From positions 104,228,288 through 104,292,287 of the forward strand of contig NC_068987.1 in NCBI RefSeq assembly GCF_001194135.2: DNA of 64,000 nt, in the 5' to 3' direction. The stretch comes from Octopus bimaculoides. Taxonomy: Eukaryota. A program made the translations under genes and the position numbers. Each line of letters opens with the position of its first letter. Positions within the stretch are counted from its first letter, which is position 1. Positions 24,452-37,740 of the stretch are shown here, one piece after another. The notes beneath the pieces are model-generated. The model worked only from the letters and a program-made list of their open reading frames with translations. It had not been told where the DNA came from and ran no database searches.

Positions 24452-25265
24452 AAAGTAACCAGAAATGTTCTCTGTGGTACAAACCCATTGTAGTTCAGGT
24501 TTCTGCTGCTGGAAGCCACTTGATGTGACCCTCAGGCATCAGTCTGCTGACTGACGGTGTCACATATAGTTGTACTGCTATGTGATGTATCTTTGTTTTG
24601 CAGGGCTTTTACCCTGTTGGTAGTTTTTGCGATGGCTGAAACAAAGGAACAGCATGCTTCCGTGAAATTCTGTTTTCTGCTGAGGAAAACGGCGTCCGAA
24701 ACAGTTGTCATGCTTCAAACAGCTTACGAGGACACTGCCATGAGCAAAACACAAGTTCATGAGAGGTTTCTATGCTTTAGGAGTGATCACTTGTCGTTTG
24801 AAGACCAATCTCATTCAGGGCGACCGTCGACCTCCCGAACGAATGAAAACATCATGAAAATTCAAGAACTGATCTTTAGAGGACCATCACTGAACAATTG
24901 ACAAACTTGTTGATATGACTGGTGTGTCCTGGAGTTCCTGCCAACGAATTTTGAATGAGAAAGTGTTGCAGCAAGATGTGTGCCTCATTTGCTCACAAAA
25001 AACCAAAAGCAGTCACGACTGAATGCATGTCGTGAACTGAAAGAAGAGTTGGATGTTGATGTGGACTTTTTTCGAAAGTCATCACTGGTGATGAAAGCTG
25101 GTGCTATGGGATTTGCAGATGTGGAAGAGGTGAAGAAATAACGAAGGTGGCTTTGAAAGGCATCATTTCACAAGAGTTCCAGCATCGCTTCGAATAGTGA
25201 AAACATGCCTGGACTGATACATTGCTCCAAATGGAGAATATTTTGAAGGCAATAAAAGCGTAAAC
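24452..25265 (+). mobile_element. Mariner transposon relic, internally deleted
   Basis: MAETKEQHASVKFCFLL.KTASETVVMLQTAY..SGRPSTSRTNENI, then KVITGDESWCYG and a C-terminal NGEYFEG-like end, with frameshifts and stops. Confidence 0.9.
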
Positions 25266-27444
25266 ATGTAAAACTAAGTGAGTAAAATAATACTTTGCCA
25301 GATTAGATTGAGCCTGGTGCAGCCTTCTGGCTCACCCGTCCTCAGTCAAACTGTTCAACCCATGGCATTCCTCACCCCCCCGCTTTGTATGTATGCAGTG
25401 TCACATGTATATGACAGCTGTAGTAACATTATCACCCCATTACCACCACTGTTCTCACATTCACTGATATAAGTCACCGTCTCTCTGTTACTATCTCCCT
25501 CAGACTAATATTTTTTGCAACCTTCTCATTTTATCATATAATTCACCCAACACCCCTGGGGGGAGGGCATATTATAGATTTCTATTGAAATCCAATTAGC
25601 CTATTATTGAACTGGATATTAGTGTAACATATATGCAAAATTTTGTGAATATTGGTTTGCTGGTTTAGGCACTAAGATGGTAACAGACAGACAGAAATTG
25701 CCATTTATATACATAGATAATGTTATTTGACATAAGATATCTTGTTAAAAATTAATTAAGTGGAAAGTTAAGTTAGTTTACAAGGAAGTGCGTGTTGTTA
25801 TGTAGATGGGGAGAGATGTTGTTCAATATTGTCTACACTATTTGTTTATTTATTTATAATTGATTCAATCAATTTTACAGATAACACAATTCCTTCATTT
25901 TGACAAGAAGCCAATACGCTGCTAACTTGAACGTAACCACCAGCCAATTACTAGTGCAGGAACACACTGATTGCCAGACTAACAGCAATATATAATAAGT
26001 AAATAAGAAAATGAATAAATAAATAAAGTTCACCTCACCACCCCACATATATATTCAAAAATTAAATGGTCAAAAGGTGCCATTTTCTAGCACATTTTCA
26101 ATTAACTTGAAACTTAGATTTCTTTGTAATGATAAAGAGATGTAAATATCAAAAACGTCAACCATAAAAAATAAAAATAATAGATAAAAAATAATAATAA
26201 TGAAATTTAAAAAAATCATGAATTACTTTCAGTTTCTTTCATATCAATAGATGGATAACACATTAAAAAACCCCACCTCATGAAATCTGTTGGCGTTGCA
26301 TGTGTTCTGTTGGCACTGGTTAGCAAATAGATTAGCTGAACTAAGACTGATAGGATAGTCTTGAAATACACAATGATATGCAAGAAGCACATCTGACTAT
26401 AGAAAACCAGCTTCAACAAACTCTGTCTGACCCATGCAAGCACAGAAAGTGGATGTTAAATGCTGATGAAGCAGACCTGGGTAAAGTTTTTGAAGAGGAC
26501 CAGCAGTGACTCCACCTGCAAGTCTCTACGTCCCATAACACTGATGATACCCAAGGGAGAATGGTAAGAGGGTCAACACAGCTTAGCACCAGTCTCATTG
26601 CAGGTATTGCCATCGAAATACATACAGTCTCAACTAAAACACAAGGGATCTAGTATAACATTTTCAGTTTCACTAATCCACTGCTCTGTGCAGGGAATAG
26701 AGTCAAGAGAAGTAATGTTCTGGAAAGACTGGCTTAGATATATTGATTTGAGTGAACCTGGGGACATAGTATGGGTGATGAGAGAAAATAATGAGCAAGT
26801 TGAGAGTATCTGAATAGATGTGGCATGAGAACAGCAAGCTATTAGGAGCAGAGGTCTGTATTGCATGTAGGAAAGGCAGAAAAAGGAGACAATATATTTG
26901 TAGATCAGAGGTTGAAATGTGTTGGTGAGTGACTATATGACAATTGGTCAAGTGCCCTTTCTTTGGATTATGTGTGCATGCATGTGTGCGTGTGTGTGTA
27001 ACAACAGTACTATTCCAGATATAGAAGTAGTACATCATTCTGTGTTTCACCTGGGCTTTTATGATGCAGTTTCTGCTATACTGAGGGTATACATTTGCCA
27101 AGAGACATTAGCAGTGATGAATGAGGCTTAGACAAACATAAACAATTCTGTCACAAAAACACAAAATTAGCTGCAACATCAATAGCTCCAAAACTCTATG
27201 CTGGTATAAATACCACCAACAATAAATGCAGCAGAAACAATTACAGCTGCATTCTGACTAAGTCTCTGTTACAGCTACCACTAGGATCTATAAGATTATA
27301 GATACAGATATGGCTAGAGAGAATACATGTCAATTCTTCAGTGTACCCATATAATTAACCACTGCATGTTGTAGTATGGTGTATTGTCCTCAGCTAAGCA
27401 GAGATGTGGAATAACTGGAACTATAGATATGTGGATACTTGACT

Positions 27445-28016
27445 GAATATAACTACACATCCTTCCACACAGATGTTAACTTAGATTACATATTCTTTCA
27501 CACTGTTATTAACCTAGATTACACAATCTTCCACACTCTAATATAAACTTGGATAATACTACCTTGCATAGTGTTGTTGGTTTGAGCAGCACAACTTTCC
27601 TCAGCATTGTTGGTTTGGACATCAGCACAACTTTCTACAGAGTTCTTGGTTTCAACAGCACAAGGTTCCAATGAGGTGCTAGTTTGAATGGCAGCACTAT
27701 CTTCCAAAAGATTGTTAGTTTCAACAGCAGCACAACCTTCCACAATGTTGTTGACTGAGACAGCAACGAAACCTACCATGGGATTGTAAGTTTGGTCAGC
27801 AGCACAGCCTTCTGCAGTGTTCTTAGTTTGGACAACACAATCTTCCACAAAAATGTTAGGCTGGACAGCACAATTTTCCATAGTATTCTTCAACTGGACA
27901 GTATTACTCCCAGCAGTGTTCTTGGTTTGAAAAGCGCAGCCTCCAATAGAATTGTCGGTGTTCATAATACAATCTTCTACAGTTTTATTACTTTGGACAG
28001 CACTGTATTCTTCCAT
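27445..28016 (-). repeat. Degenerate 33/36-nt minisatellite (11-12 aa units, e.g. VEDCVVQTKNT, VEGCAAVETNNL)
   Basis: About 14 units in the ORF, followed by frameshifted copies with TAG (27514) and TAA (27481) 33 nt apart. Confidence 0.85.
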
Positions 28017-29389
28017 GTTATTGCTTTGGACAATATCATTTTTTACAGTATTGTGGGTTGCACTGTCTTCAGCAATGTTTTCTTTATTAACAGGTTTGAC
28101 AAGATCAGATTCAATCTTAGTAAATGGTTGGTTGAAGTTAAGTAGTGTAGTATTATTTAGTTTTGTATTGGAATCGGAGTAGTGCTTTTCTGTGGCATTA
28201 CTTGTGGAGAAATCTTGCATTTTGAAGGAAAATTTTACAAGAGGTGATGACTGATGGATCTGACTTGCAGTAGGATATGAAAAACGTTTAGCTTTTCCCT
28301 TTAATTTACTTTTCCTGCTTAAAGAAAGACTGGCTGTTGACTTAGGTTTCACTGTTACATTTGAGTCACAAGATACTGATAAATCTTTATGCTGCTTGCT
28401 TTCTATATTGTTACACACTGAATGACAGTTAATATTTCTACTTTCAGAAGACGTTTCAGAAACATCATCTACCAATTTAAATTCTGACAAATTTTTAACA
28501 GAATCAAATTGTTCAACATGTTTTTCTTGACTATGTATATCATTCAAACAATCTTTGACAATTTCTAAATTATTTTGAATGGAAGAATCATGTTGTTTTG
28601 ACTGAGGTTTCTCTGCATGTAATTCAATGCTGTGAGGTACATGGTTTTTGTCAATATCCAGATTCACAACAGTCTCAGACGCTTCACAAATCTTCATTGG
28701 ATCCTCTAATGCTTTTAAAGAATTTTTCTCACAGGCTGCAGATTCAAATGAAGAATTAAAATCTGAACTTTTGCAACAATTGACAACTTCTTTGTTGATT
28801 TTAAATTTATTTTCATCAGAAACTAAACTCGTTACAGATGGACTATGACCTACATTAGCCACAAGGGAATTATGATCTGGAGTTCGTCCATCTGATACTT
28901 GATTAAAGGAATGCATATCAGTTGACTGGCATAACAATGGATTTACTGGAACCAAATCATTCTTTGACTGATTTTTCTGTGGAATTGAAGAAGGTATGTC
29001 TGAGAAATGAACGCTCTTGTGCATTGAAGTCGGATGTTTATTTTTAATTAAAATAGAATGCAGTAGAGAATTGTCTTTGTTAATACTATCAACTGGAGGA
29101 GTCAACATGCTTGCCTTTTCAGATACATCAAAATTAGTAGTTGAGTAATTTTTAGAATCATCTTTATTAATAGCTTCAAATAATATTGGAGATGAAACTT
29201 CCATGGAATATTCTGAGATGTCAGTTGTAGTAAAGGTTTTGTCATTTTCATTCAACTCGGTATGGATTGTTGAAGACAATATAGCAGAATCTTCCAATTC
29301 AGATATGTCTCCATTTGGAGAAAATAAAGCACGGGCAAAAAATTTTGATTGAGTAATTTGTCCTGTGCTTTCGTCATCTTTACACTCAT
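27563..29389 (-). CDS. BRCA2: BRCA2 large low-complexity exon (DECKDDES...ARALFSP...); 3' end uncertain (27563 phase 1 or 27777 phase 0)
   Basis: Acceptor atttttcag, phase 1 matches the previous exon. About 600 open codons (ORF 27519-29297 extended upstream), S/N/K/D-rich like the BRCA2 disordered region. Candidate donors CAAG|GTAGTA (27563) and ATG|GTAGGT (27777). Confidence 0.8.
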
Positions 29390-29842
29390 CTGAAAAATAT
29401 GGATAATAAATAAGGAGTTAAATAACGCCAATAAATTCACTATAAAGTTTGAATGTATGCAATGACAATGATGACATCCAAAACCATTGCTATTAAACTT
29501 GTGATTAATAATAAAAAAAGTTAAGGTAGGAAAGGTGGCAGAATCATTTGCACACCAGGCTACATGTTTAGTGGCATTTTATCTGCCTTTACATTCCAAG
29601 TTCAAATTCTGCTGAGGTCGACTTTGTTTTTCATCCTGTTAAGATCAATAAAATAAGTACCAGTTGAGCACTGCAGTTGATGTAATTGAGTAGCACCCAC
29701 CCACAAACTTGCAGGCTTTGCACCAAAATTTGAAACGGATAAGAAAAGTAAAGCCTAATGAGAAAAACACAGGAACTTAATTTAAATAATATATACAAGA
29801 AACAAATTTAAATGTCTAAACAACTATTTTAAATATTTGTAC

Positions 29843-29985
29843 CTTCAGAACTGGTCTTAATATAACCAGGTGGAGTTGCCAAAGAGCTGGTCCAAGAATA
29901 AGTGGTTTCATCCAAGCTAATACCCAAACTGTTTTTGTTATTTGTTGTAGAAGTTGAGAAAAATTCATCTTCAGGCTGGTTGAAG
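29843..29985 (-). CDS. BRCA2: BRCA2 exon (SFNQPEDEFFSTSTTNNKNSLGISLDETTYSWTSSLATPPGYIKTSSE)
   Basis: Acceptor aatttcag, donor AAG|GTACAA, 143 nt, phase 2-1. SLGISLDETTYSWTSSLATPP matches human [20 protein letters not shown]. Confidence 0.92.
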
Positions 29986-30966
29986 CTGAAATTATTTACA
30001 GAACATAATAGCAATATTTATAACAGAATGCGTCATTCTAATATTACAGAACAGAAGCATTTTACTTTTTAATCACATTGCACTTGGTTCATGACTATTT
30101 GATAAATGTGAAGAATGAAAATCAGAGAAACAGTATTCATCATGATTCATTTTAACATCCACTTTTCCAGGCTTGCATGCATAGGTCGGATGGAGTTTAT
30201 TGAGGCAGACTTTTTATGGCTGGATGCTGTCCCTGTCACTAATCCTTACCTGTTTCCAAGCAAGGTAATGTTTCCCCATGACTGGACATGTTTCCACATA
30301 ATATTGGAAATGAATGACACCCATTTACAACCAACACACAATATTAAGACGTGACACACACACACACACGAGTTTCTTTCAGTTTCTGTCTAACAAATCC
30401 ATTCACGAGGCTTTGATTGGTCTAGAACTGAAGTAGACACTAGTCCAGGGCCACATAGTAGGACTGAACCTGAAACCATGTGGTTAGGAAGCAGAGTTCT
30501 TAACCACACACCCACCAATGTATACATCTGATTTCATTGTTGGTATAGGTTGGGTGGTTTGAGTCAGTTCTAATTCGAAGGACCATGTCTTATAACAGTT
30601 TTATATTTGGCTTGTGTGTGTATTTGTGTGTCCTTTTCTCTCCTAGTAGTGACCATGCATAATAGTTGTAGATGAGTGTCACCATCATACAATTCTGTAG
30701 AAACATGTCCAGACACGGAGAAATATCATCTTGCTGGGAAGCAGGTGAGGACTGGTGACAGGAATGGTATTCAGGCATAGAAATTCTGACAGAATGAATT
30801 CTATTTCAGCCCCTTGCAAGCATAGGAAAGTGGACATTAAAATAATAAATGATGATAATAATGATGATTACAGAGAATTTGATACATGTAGGAACTGAAT
30901 CCCAATAGAATGCAATTGTAAATTAAATCTCAATAAAAAAATTGAAAATGTAAATTTGGAAAATAC

Positions 30967-31090
30967 CTTTTGGAATGTAGACTTAGTGATGTAGAGCAGT
31001 GACTAGAGTCATTCTCAGACAAAATGGAATGTTCTTCAAAAATGTTCTGTTTATGAGATTTCTTCTTATTACCACAATATGGAGTTGATG
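30967..31090 (-). CDS. BRCA2: BRCA2 exon (ASTPYCGNKKKSHKQNIFEEHSILSENDSSHCSTSLSLHSK)
   Basis: Acceptor ttttttctcccttag, donor AAG|GTATTT, 124 nt, phase 1-2. The junction creates ASTP, as in human LASTP (T77). Confidence 0.8.
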
Positions 31091-31299
31091 CTAAGGGAGA
31101 AAAAATGCATTTATTCATATAATCAGGTGATAGTGGAATTAACATGTTAATTAATTATGTTTATGTATAAAAAAAATTTAAAAAAACATCAATAATGAGT
31201 ACTGTATTTAATGATATATAAGGGACATTTCTTTCCCCTCAAATCTCTTGAAAACTCAGCCCAGGTCTCATATGTGAAATTGGGCCAAAATTACATGCT

Positions 31300-31606
31300 T
31301 TGATGCAATAAAGATGCCAGTACCATGTGGCTGATTCCAGTACCCCCTGATTGGTTCCTGTACCGGTGGCACGTAAAAAGCACTATCTGAACGTGATTGA
31401 TGCCAAGCCCACCTGACTGGCTCTTGTGCTGGTGGCACGTAAAAAGCACCCACTACATTCTCGCAGTGGTTGGCATTAGGAAGGGCATCCAGGTGTAGAA
31501 ACATTGCCAAATCAGATTGGAGCCTGGTGCAGCCGCTGACTCTCCAGACCTCGGTCAAACTGTCCAAACCATGCCAGCTTGGAAAACGGACATTAAACAA
31601 TGATGG
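31300..31606 (+). mobile_element. RTE 3'UTR-derived element
   Basis: ggtggcacgtaaaaagcac subrepeats, ggttggcattaggaagggcatcc body, aaacaatgatggtgat tail. Confidence 0.75.
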
Positions 31607-32099
31607 TGATGTACTGCTGAAATTGGGGCATATCCAATATGCCCCATGCATCTTTTATGCCATCAGATATGGTATGCAAAGTAACTGGAACACCGTTTAT
31701 TGGAGTGCTAAAAAACTACAGAAGATACCATGATAACTGCACTAAGTCGGAGTTATGTGAGCCTGTTACATTGCCATTTCTTTCTAAGACTAAGTAACTT
31801 AACAAGAGCTTTATGAATTGGATCACTATTTTACCATTTCACAGTATTAGTAAAATACTAAAGGAAAATACTAACAGGTGTACCAAAACATCTCCAGATT
31901 CTTGGCACTATTGATCATTAAGACAACCATCATCATTTAGCATCTGCTTTTCCATGCTTGCATGTGTCAGAGGAAATTTACTGAAACATTTTTTACAGCT
32001 GGATGCTCTTCCTGATGCTAATCCTCACCTGTTTCCAAGCAAGGTAACATTTCCTTCCTATGGCTTAGCTGACTGGCTTGGCTTCATGCTCTTGCTTGA

Positions 32100-32745
32100 T
32101 GTGGCTACGGTAATTCCAAGTTAGGGGTCCCAGAGGCATCATCATGTGTAGAGCTGACCAGGCCCACCAGTGCTCTCCATCGCTGGCCAGTCCCTCTGCA
32201 TCCTCCAAGGTGACATTGAGACTCTGGAGATCCTCCCCAATAACGTCCAGCCACCTGCTTCAATTGATCCCAGCTTAACCATCACTGCAGACATGGCCAC
32301 AACCAACGTCACCTGAAGACTTGATCCTGTCATCTCTTAAGTCAGTGTCACCCTGAAGAAACTCAACAACTGCAAAGTCCCTGGAATCTGCATTATCACC
32401 ACGGAGATGTTGAAGGTGGGCTGAGAAAACATGATGAGGAGGCTCACTTGCACCATCAACCATGTATCGGTGTCAGAGCAAATCCCAAATGACTGGACCT
32501 GGGACATCATCCTCCATATCTAGAAATGGAAGGGTAACAAACTTGTCTGCAGCAACCACAGGGGTGTTACCCTCCTTTTCATCCCGGACAAGCTCTTCAC
32601 CAGGATCCTTCTCAACCAGGCTCTTCACCAGGATCCTTCTCAACCAGGCTCTTCCTGTCATTAGAAGCAGACGCTGCCCACAACAAGCTGGATTCATGCT
32701 GCACTGATCTACCACCGACCATATTTTTGCCCTTCATCTCTTCAT
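32100..32745 (+). mobile_element. RTE-type LINE reverse-transcriptase N-terminal fragment, pseudogenised
   Basis: LKKLNNCKVPGICIITTEMLKVG..IPNDW..CSNHRGVTLLFIPDKLFTRILLN..PQQAGFM..STTDHIFAL, with stops and a 28-nt tandem duplication at 32592-32647. Confidence 0.85.
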
Positions 32746-33627
32746 TTCCTATGGCCAGACATGTTTTTCATGGACGACCAGAAATGAGGAACATTGCTTG
32801 TATGACAATGATGCTTGTTTACAGCCATCATGTGATCTCAATATAAGGATACACACAAACATGCACGCACGCCTGCCTGCCTGCCTGCATGCCAGGCCGC
32901 CCGCCCGCCTATCTATCTATCTATCAATGTATCTATCTTACACACACACACACACATGCATGCATGCATGCAATAGGCTTTTTTCAGTTTCCATCCACAA
33001 AATCCACTTATATGTTGTTGACCAGCCTGAAACTACAGTAGAAGACACTTGCCCAAAGTACTGCACAGTGGAACTGAACCCAAGACCACATGGTTGGGAA
33101 GCAAGCTGCTTAACCATACAGCCACACCTGCACTAATGTATAAAAAAAAATTTAAAAACTGTGATTAGGAAACCATTAAATTGAAATTTACTTCAGTCTA
33201 CAGCTTATATTTAATCTTTAAAGTTCTAAATAAACATTTTTGCCTCCTGAAAACATTAAGGATACAACTTAAGAAATAAGTATTACTGGTTATATATAAA
33301 ACATAGTCGTTTTAGGTGCCTTTTTGTTCTTGTAGCATGGACCAAATGAAAGTTTGTTGCAGCTGTTTATAGATCATCAAGCAAAACATACATGCATGCA
33401 TGTATGTACACACACACAAACATTTGATGGATTCTCTCACTTACCGTCTACCAAATTCAGCCACAAGACTTTGATTAGCCTGAGCTATAGTAGGAGATAC
33501 TTGTCCAAGATGCCACATGGTTGGACTGAACTCATAACTATATGCTTGGGAAACAAACTTCTTAACCACACAGTTGTCCCTGTGTCATACATATGTGCAG
33601 AGAGGTGACAGTTTCAAAGAAAATTGC

Positions 33628-33685
33628 CAGGCCGCTCAAAGCTAGAAGTCTGAGAACTCTCAGACTTCTAGTTTTGAGCGGCCTG
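33628..33685. repeat. 58-bp near-perfect palindrome (28-bp arms, 1 mismatch, 2-nt loop)
   Basis: caggccgctcaaagctagaagtctgaga-ac-tctcagacttctagttttgagcggcctg. Confidence 0.92.
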
Positions 33686-33977
33686 TGTATATATNNNNNN
33701 NNNNNNNNNNNNNNNNNNNNNNNNNNNNNNNNNNNNNNNNNNNNNNNNNNNNNNNNNNNNNNNNNNNNNNNNNNNNNNNNNNNNNNNNNNNNNNNNNNNN
33801 NNNNNNNNNNNNNNNNNNNNNNNNNNNNNNNNNNNNNNNNNNNNNNNNNNNNNNTATATATATATGAACAGGTTGAGGTCTCAAAGCGACAAAATTTTTT
33901 GACAAATTAAATTTAAATTGTTTTCGTTCCAGCACACGATCTCAGATCAGGTCACTTGCTATGCAAGTACATCTCCG

Positions 33978-34014
<37 letters not shown>

Positions 34015-34152
34015 GTAATAGATCAGGATTCAAGTGAATCAGGCACTTAAATGATAAAGCATTGGGCCAGATCGAAAATTAAAAGGTGTACACAACAAAA
34101 TTAGAGGAATACATAAGTGGGTACCGAAGTACAGACAGAAAGATATTCATGC

Positions 34153-34237
34153 ATTCACCTGATGAAAACGGTTTTTACTAACGATGTAATGTCTCCATTA
34201 ATCAATTAAAAATTTGTTGGAAACAGCTGTAGCGAAT
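34153..34237 (+). ncRNA. Degenerate minimal type I hammerhead ribozyme-like motif (Penelope-type)
   Basis: CTGATGA (34159-34165) ... GAAACAGCTGTA (34220-34231), palindromic stem III ACAGCTGT, GUA triplet. Stem I attcac/gcgaat pairs 5 of 6. Stem II is long and imperfect. Confidence 0.45.
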
Positions 34238-35207
34238 TGACACATTATCCATATGTTGTTATTTATTTATTTATCAATCATCATCATTGTTTTAATGTTC
34301 CTTTTTCTATACTCACTTTTGTTGGATGGAATTTGTTGAAGTGGATTTTCTATGCTCTGGTAATAGAAAGGGCATCTAGCTGTAGAAAATCTGCCTCAAT
34401 AAACTATGTTTGACCCAAAGAAGTATGGAAAAGTGGACGTTAAAATGATTTCTCCTTAAATTCGTTGTCTATGTTGTTTGAAACAGTAATTAACAAATTG
34501 GAGAGATTTAATGAAATAATTGATTTTTTCATTAATAAGCTAACGTTTGGAACATAACAAACAGTTTTTCAATGGAGATTTTCATTTAAATATGAACTCA
34601 GTAAAATGGATGGTTATTGTTTAAAAGAACTAGAATGAAACTCAGCAGGTTTGAATAAAAAGGGTTAAAATATGATTTTTGAAAGTCATGCACTTTTAAT
34701 TTCAGGACTAATATCTTGAGCCATAAATTCTATTTTACTATGAACACACACACAAAGATAAATGCTTATCAAATTATATTTACTGAAATAGAATAAAAAA
34801 AAAAAAAAAGGAAACAGTTTTAGAAAATAGATGTAATTAGTAAAAATGTTGTGTCTAATTCTCATTCATGATTAATCTTCTGCTGTTGTTTTACGTGAAT
34901 AACTGCTTTCGTAAACTAACACATCACAGAAAACAATCTATGTACAGTTATTTCCCTTGGCTTATTTTTCGAAACTTTACAACTGACCAAATGTCCTTGT
35001 TAACTGTTTTCCTATCTATAAAAGCTTAGGTTCAATAATCAAAGCAGGCTTAAGAAAACTGATTCACTGCTGAGTTTTATTAAGATCAAAAGATGTGTAA
35101 TTGCTGTTGACATATTTTGGTGTTATAAAACTCAATATAACATTGCCTGCCAACGACGGTCAAGTTTTCTCTCTAAGCATGAAAATACAATTTCCTGAGG
35201 AATATAT

Positions 35208-35765
35208 ACTCTTTTACTTGTTTCAGTCATTTGACTGCAGCCATGCTGGAGCACCGCCTTTAGTAGAGAAAATCGACCCCAGGACTTATTCTTTGTAAGC
35301 CTAGTACTTATTCTATCGGTCTCTTTTTGCCGAACCGCTAGGTTACAGGGACGTAAACACACCAGCATAGGTTGTCAAGCGATGGTGGGGGGACAAACAC
35401 AGACACACAAACATGTATATATACACATATATACGACGGGCTTCTTTCAGTTTCTATCGGTCTCTTTTTACCGAATCGCTAAGTTACAGGGACGTAAACA
35501 CACCAGCATAGGTTGTCAAGCGATGGTGGGGGGACAAACATACATATATACGACGGGCTTCTTTCAGTTTCCGTCTACCAAATCCACTCACAAGGCTTTG
35601 GTCGGCCCGAAGCNNNNNNNNNNTCCGTCTACCAAATCCACTCACAAGGCTTTGGTCGGCCCGAAGCTTTAGTAGAAGACACTTGCCCAAGGTGCCATGC
35701 AGTAGGACTGAACCTGGAACCATATGGTTGGTAAGTAAGCTACTTACCACACAGCCACTCCTGCA
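35208..35765 (-). mobile_element. SINE family A with duplicated internal blocks
   Basis: Same consensus; repeated blocks flank a 10-N gap. Confidence 0.75.
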
Positions 35766-37740
35766 CCTATATCTTTTATCTTTTACTTGGGCCATGGCCA
35801 CGCTGGGGAAATGCTTTGAATTGTTTAGTCAAACAAATCGACTCCAGTATGTGTTTTCTTTTAAGTCAGGTAATCATTCTATCGGTCTCTATTGTCGAAC
35901 TGTTAAGTTACAGGAATGTTAAATAAACCAATACCAGGTGGGGTGGAGCAAACACACACACACACACACACACATACGACAAATTCAATCACAAGGCATT
36001 GGTGAGTCTGAGGCTATAGTCAAAGACACTTGCCCAAGGTGCTGTGCAGCAGGATTGAACACGAAACCACATAGTTGCCAAACGAAATTCTTAACCACAC
36101 AACCATGATAGTCATTAATGGTTCCGCTAGGTTTAAGTTCCCTTTCTCTAGTTATGATACAAATATAAATTCATTAAGAATTTTTTGCCATATATCATTC
36201 AGTACTTTTACCACCTACCTGAATTATTTAAAGCAGCTATTTATCTACATTCCACATACTAAAAAAAAAAGGAAAAAAAAATTCACAATACAAATAATAT
36301 AGGAGTAGCACGTTTGATTGTCATTTCTTTTGTCCATATATTCAGCAGTTATGGTAGCTGTTAATCCTCATCAGCCAGAACACATTGCAGCCCTTTGGGA
36401 ATTTGCATTGTCATGTGAGATTATATAGCAGCTCTAAATAGGCAAACGATGTTTTAGTAATAAATACATATTTTGAAATGTGAAAAGAAACACAGAAAGA
36501 ATGTACAATCTCATTATCAGAAACAGAAATTAGTCCATTGCAACATATAGTATATTGGTGTGACCTATTTTCGAAAAGACTTGAAATTTGGGATTTAAAA
36601 ATACATTCACAGATTAATCTATTCAACTATATTGAAGAGAAAAGAATCTCTCTAATTAAGTTGACATCAGGTCAATAACCCACTGTTTAGTGTATTGTGA
36701 AAACATATGACATTGTGTCAGTTGAACATACATATGGAAATAACAATATGTTATTAACACAAGCAAAAAAGATACAGGTTTCAAATTCTCACACAAGGCC
36801 AGCAATTTAAGGGGGAGGGATAAGTTGATTACGTCGACCCCTGTGCGTAACTAGTACTTATTTTATGAACCCTGAAAGGATAAAAGGCAAAGTTGGTCGC
36901 AGCAGAATGTAAAGAGTTGGGAAAAATGCTGTTAAGAATTGTGTCCAACAAGTTAAAGATTCTATCAACTTGCCACCTTAGCCAAAAGAAATAATAAAAG
37001 AGAAAGTTTCTTTCTTATTCAACAAGATATCATGTTGTTGTATCATGTTTAGAGAAGCAAACAAAACAAAAAGTAGGAAGAATTTAAGAAACCAGAGTGA
37101 GGTAATGAAAATAAAAGAGATATTCAGTGTAAAGTTGTACCATTTCATATAACTGTTTGAAGTTTTGGTGCATGGCCAGAAGTTTTAGCGGGATGGGGAA
37201 AGTTGATTACATCAATCTCACTATTTTATCGCTGGTATTTTATTTTATCAACCTTGAAGAAAATGAAAGGCAAAGTTGACCCCAGTCAACAGAATGTAAC
37301 AGGTTAGAAGAAATACTACAAAGCATTTTGTCCCCCATTTTAATGATTTTGCAAGCTTGCTGCCTTATTATATCATAACTGCAACTGATATGTTGATTGC
37401 CCTTTAGGATTCCAACAAAGTAGGGAACCAAAATTAAAAATGAAATAAAGGCTGGTTTGTGTTTATATTCTTTGATGCAAGTTCAACAGTTGGTAACAAT
37501 GTCATTTATTTTTCAAATAATATATATCTAGAATTGCAATATTTAATACTTTTCTTTTTAAGATGATACATAAAAGTGCAATTTCATAGAAATTTTTATG
37601 GTAATTTTATATGGTCAAGTGACTACAGAGAGACTTTGCCATTGGTTAAATGCATTTTTTTTTAATTGATCAGCATGAATGAGAAAAATACAGCTCCCTG
37701 AGTACACTTAGATACAATTCATTTAATATCATACAATTAC

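Noticed and set aside
31320-31445. Short repeats with variable spacers (ggtggcacgtaaaaagcac), superficially CRISPR-like
   Set aside because: Eukaryotic context, only 2-3 units, part of an RTE 3'UTR-derived family, and no cas genes.
35455-35665. Tandemly repeated SINE segments
   Set aside because: Partly adjacent to a 10-N gap; cannot be separated from misassembly.
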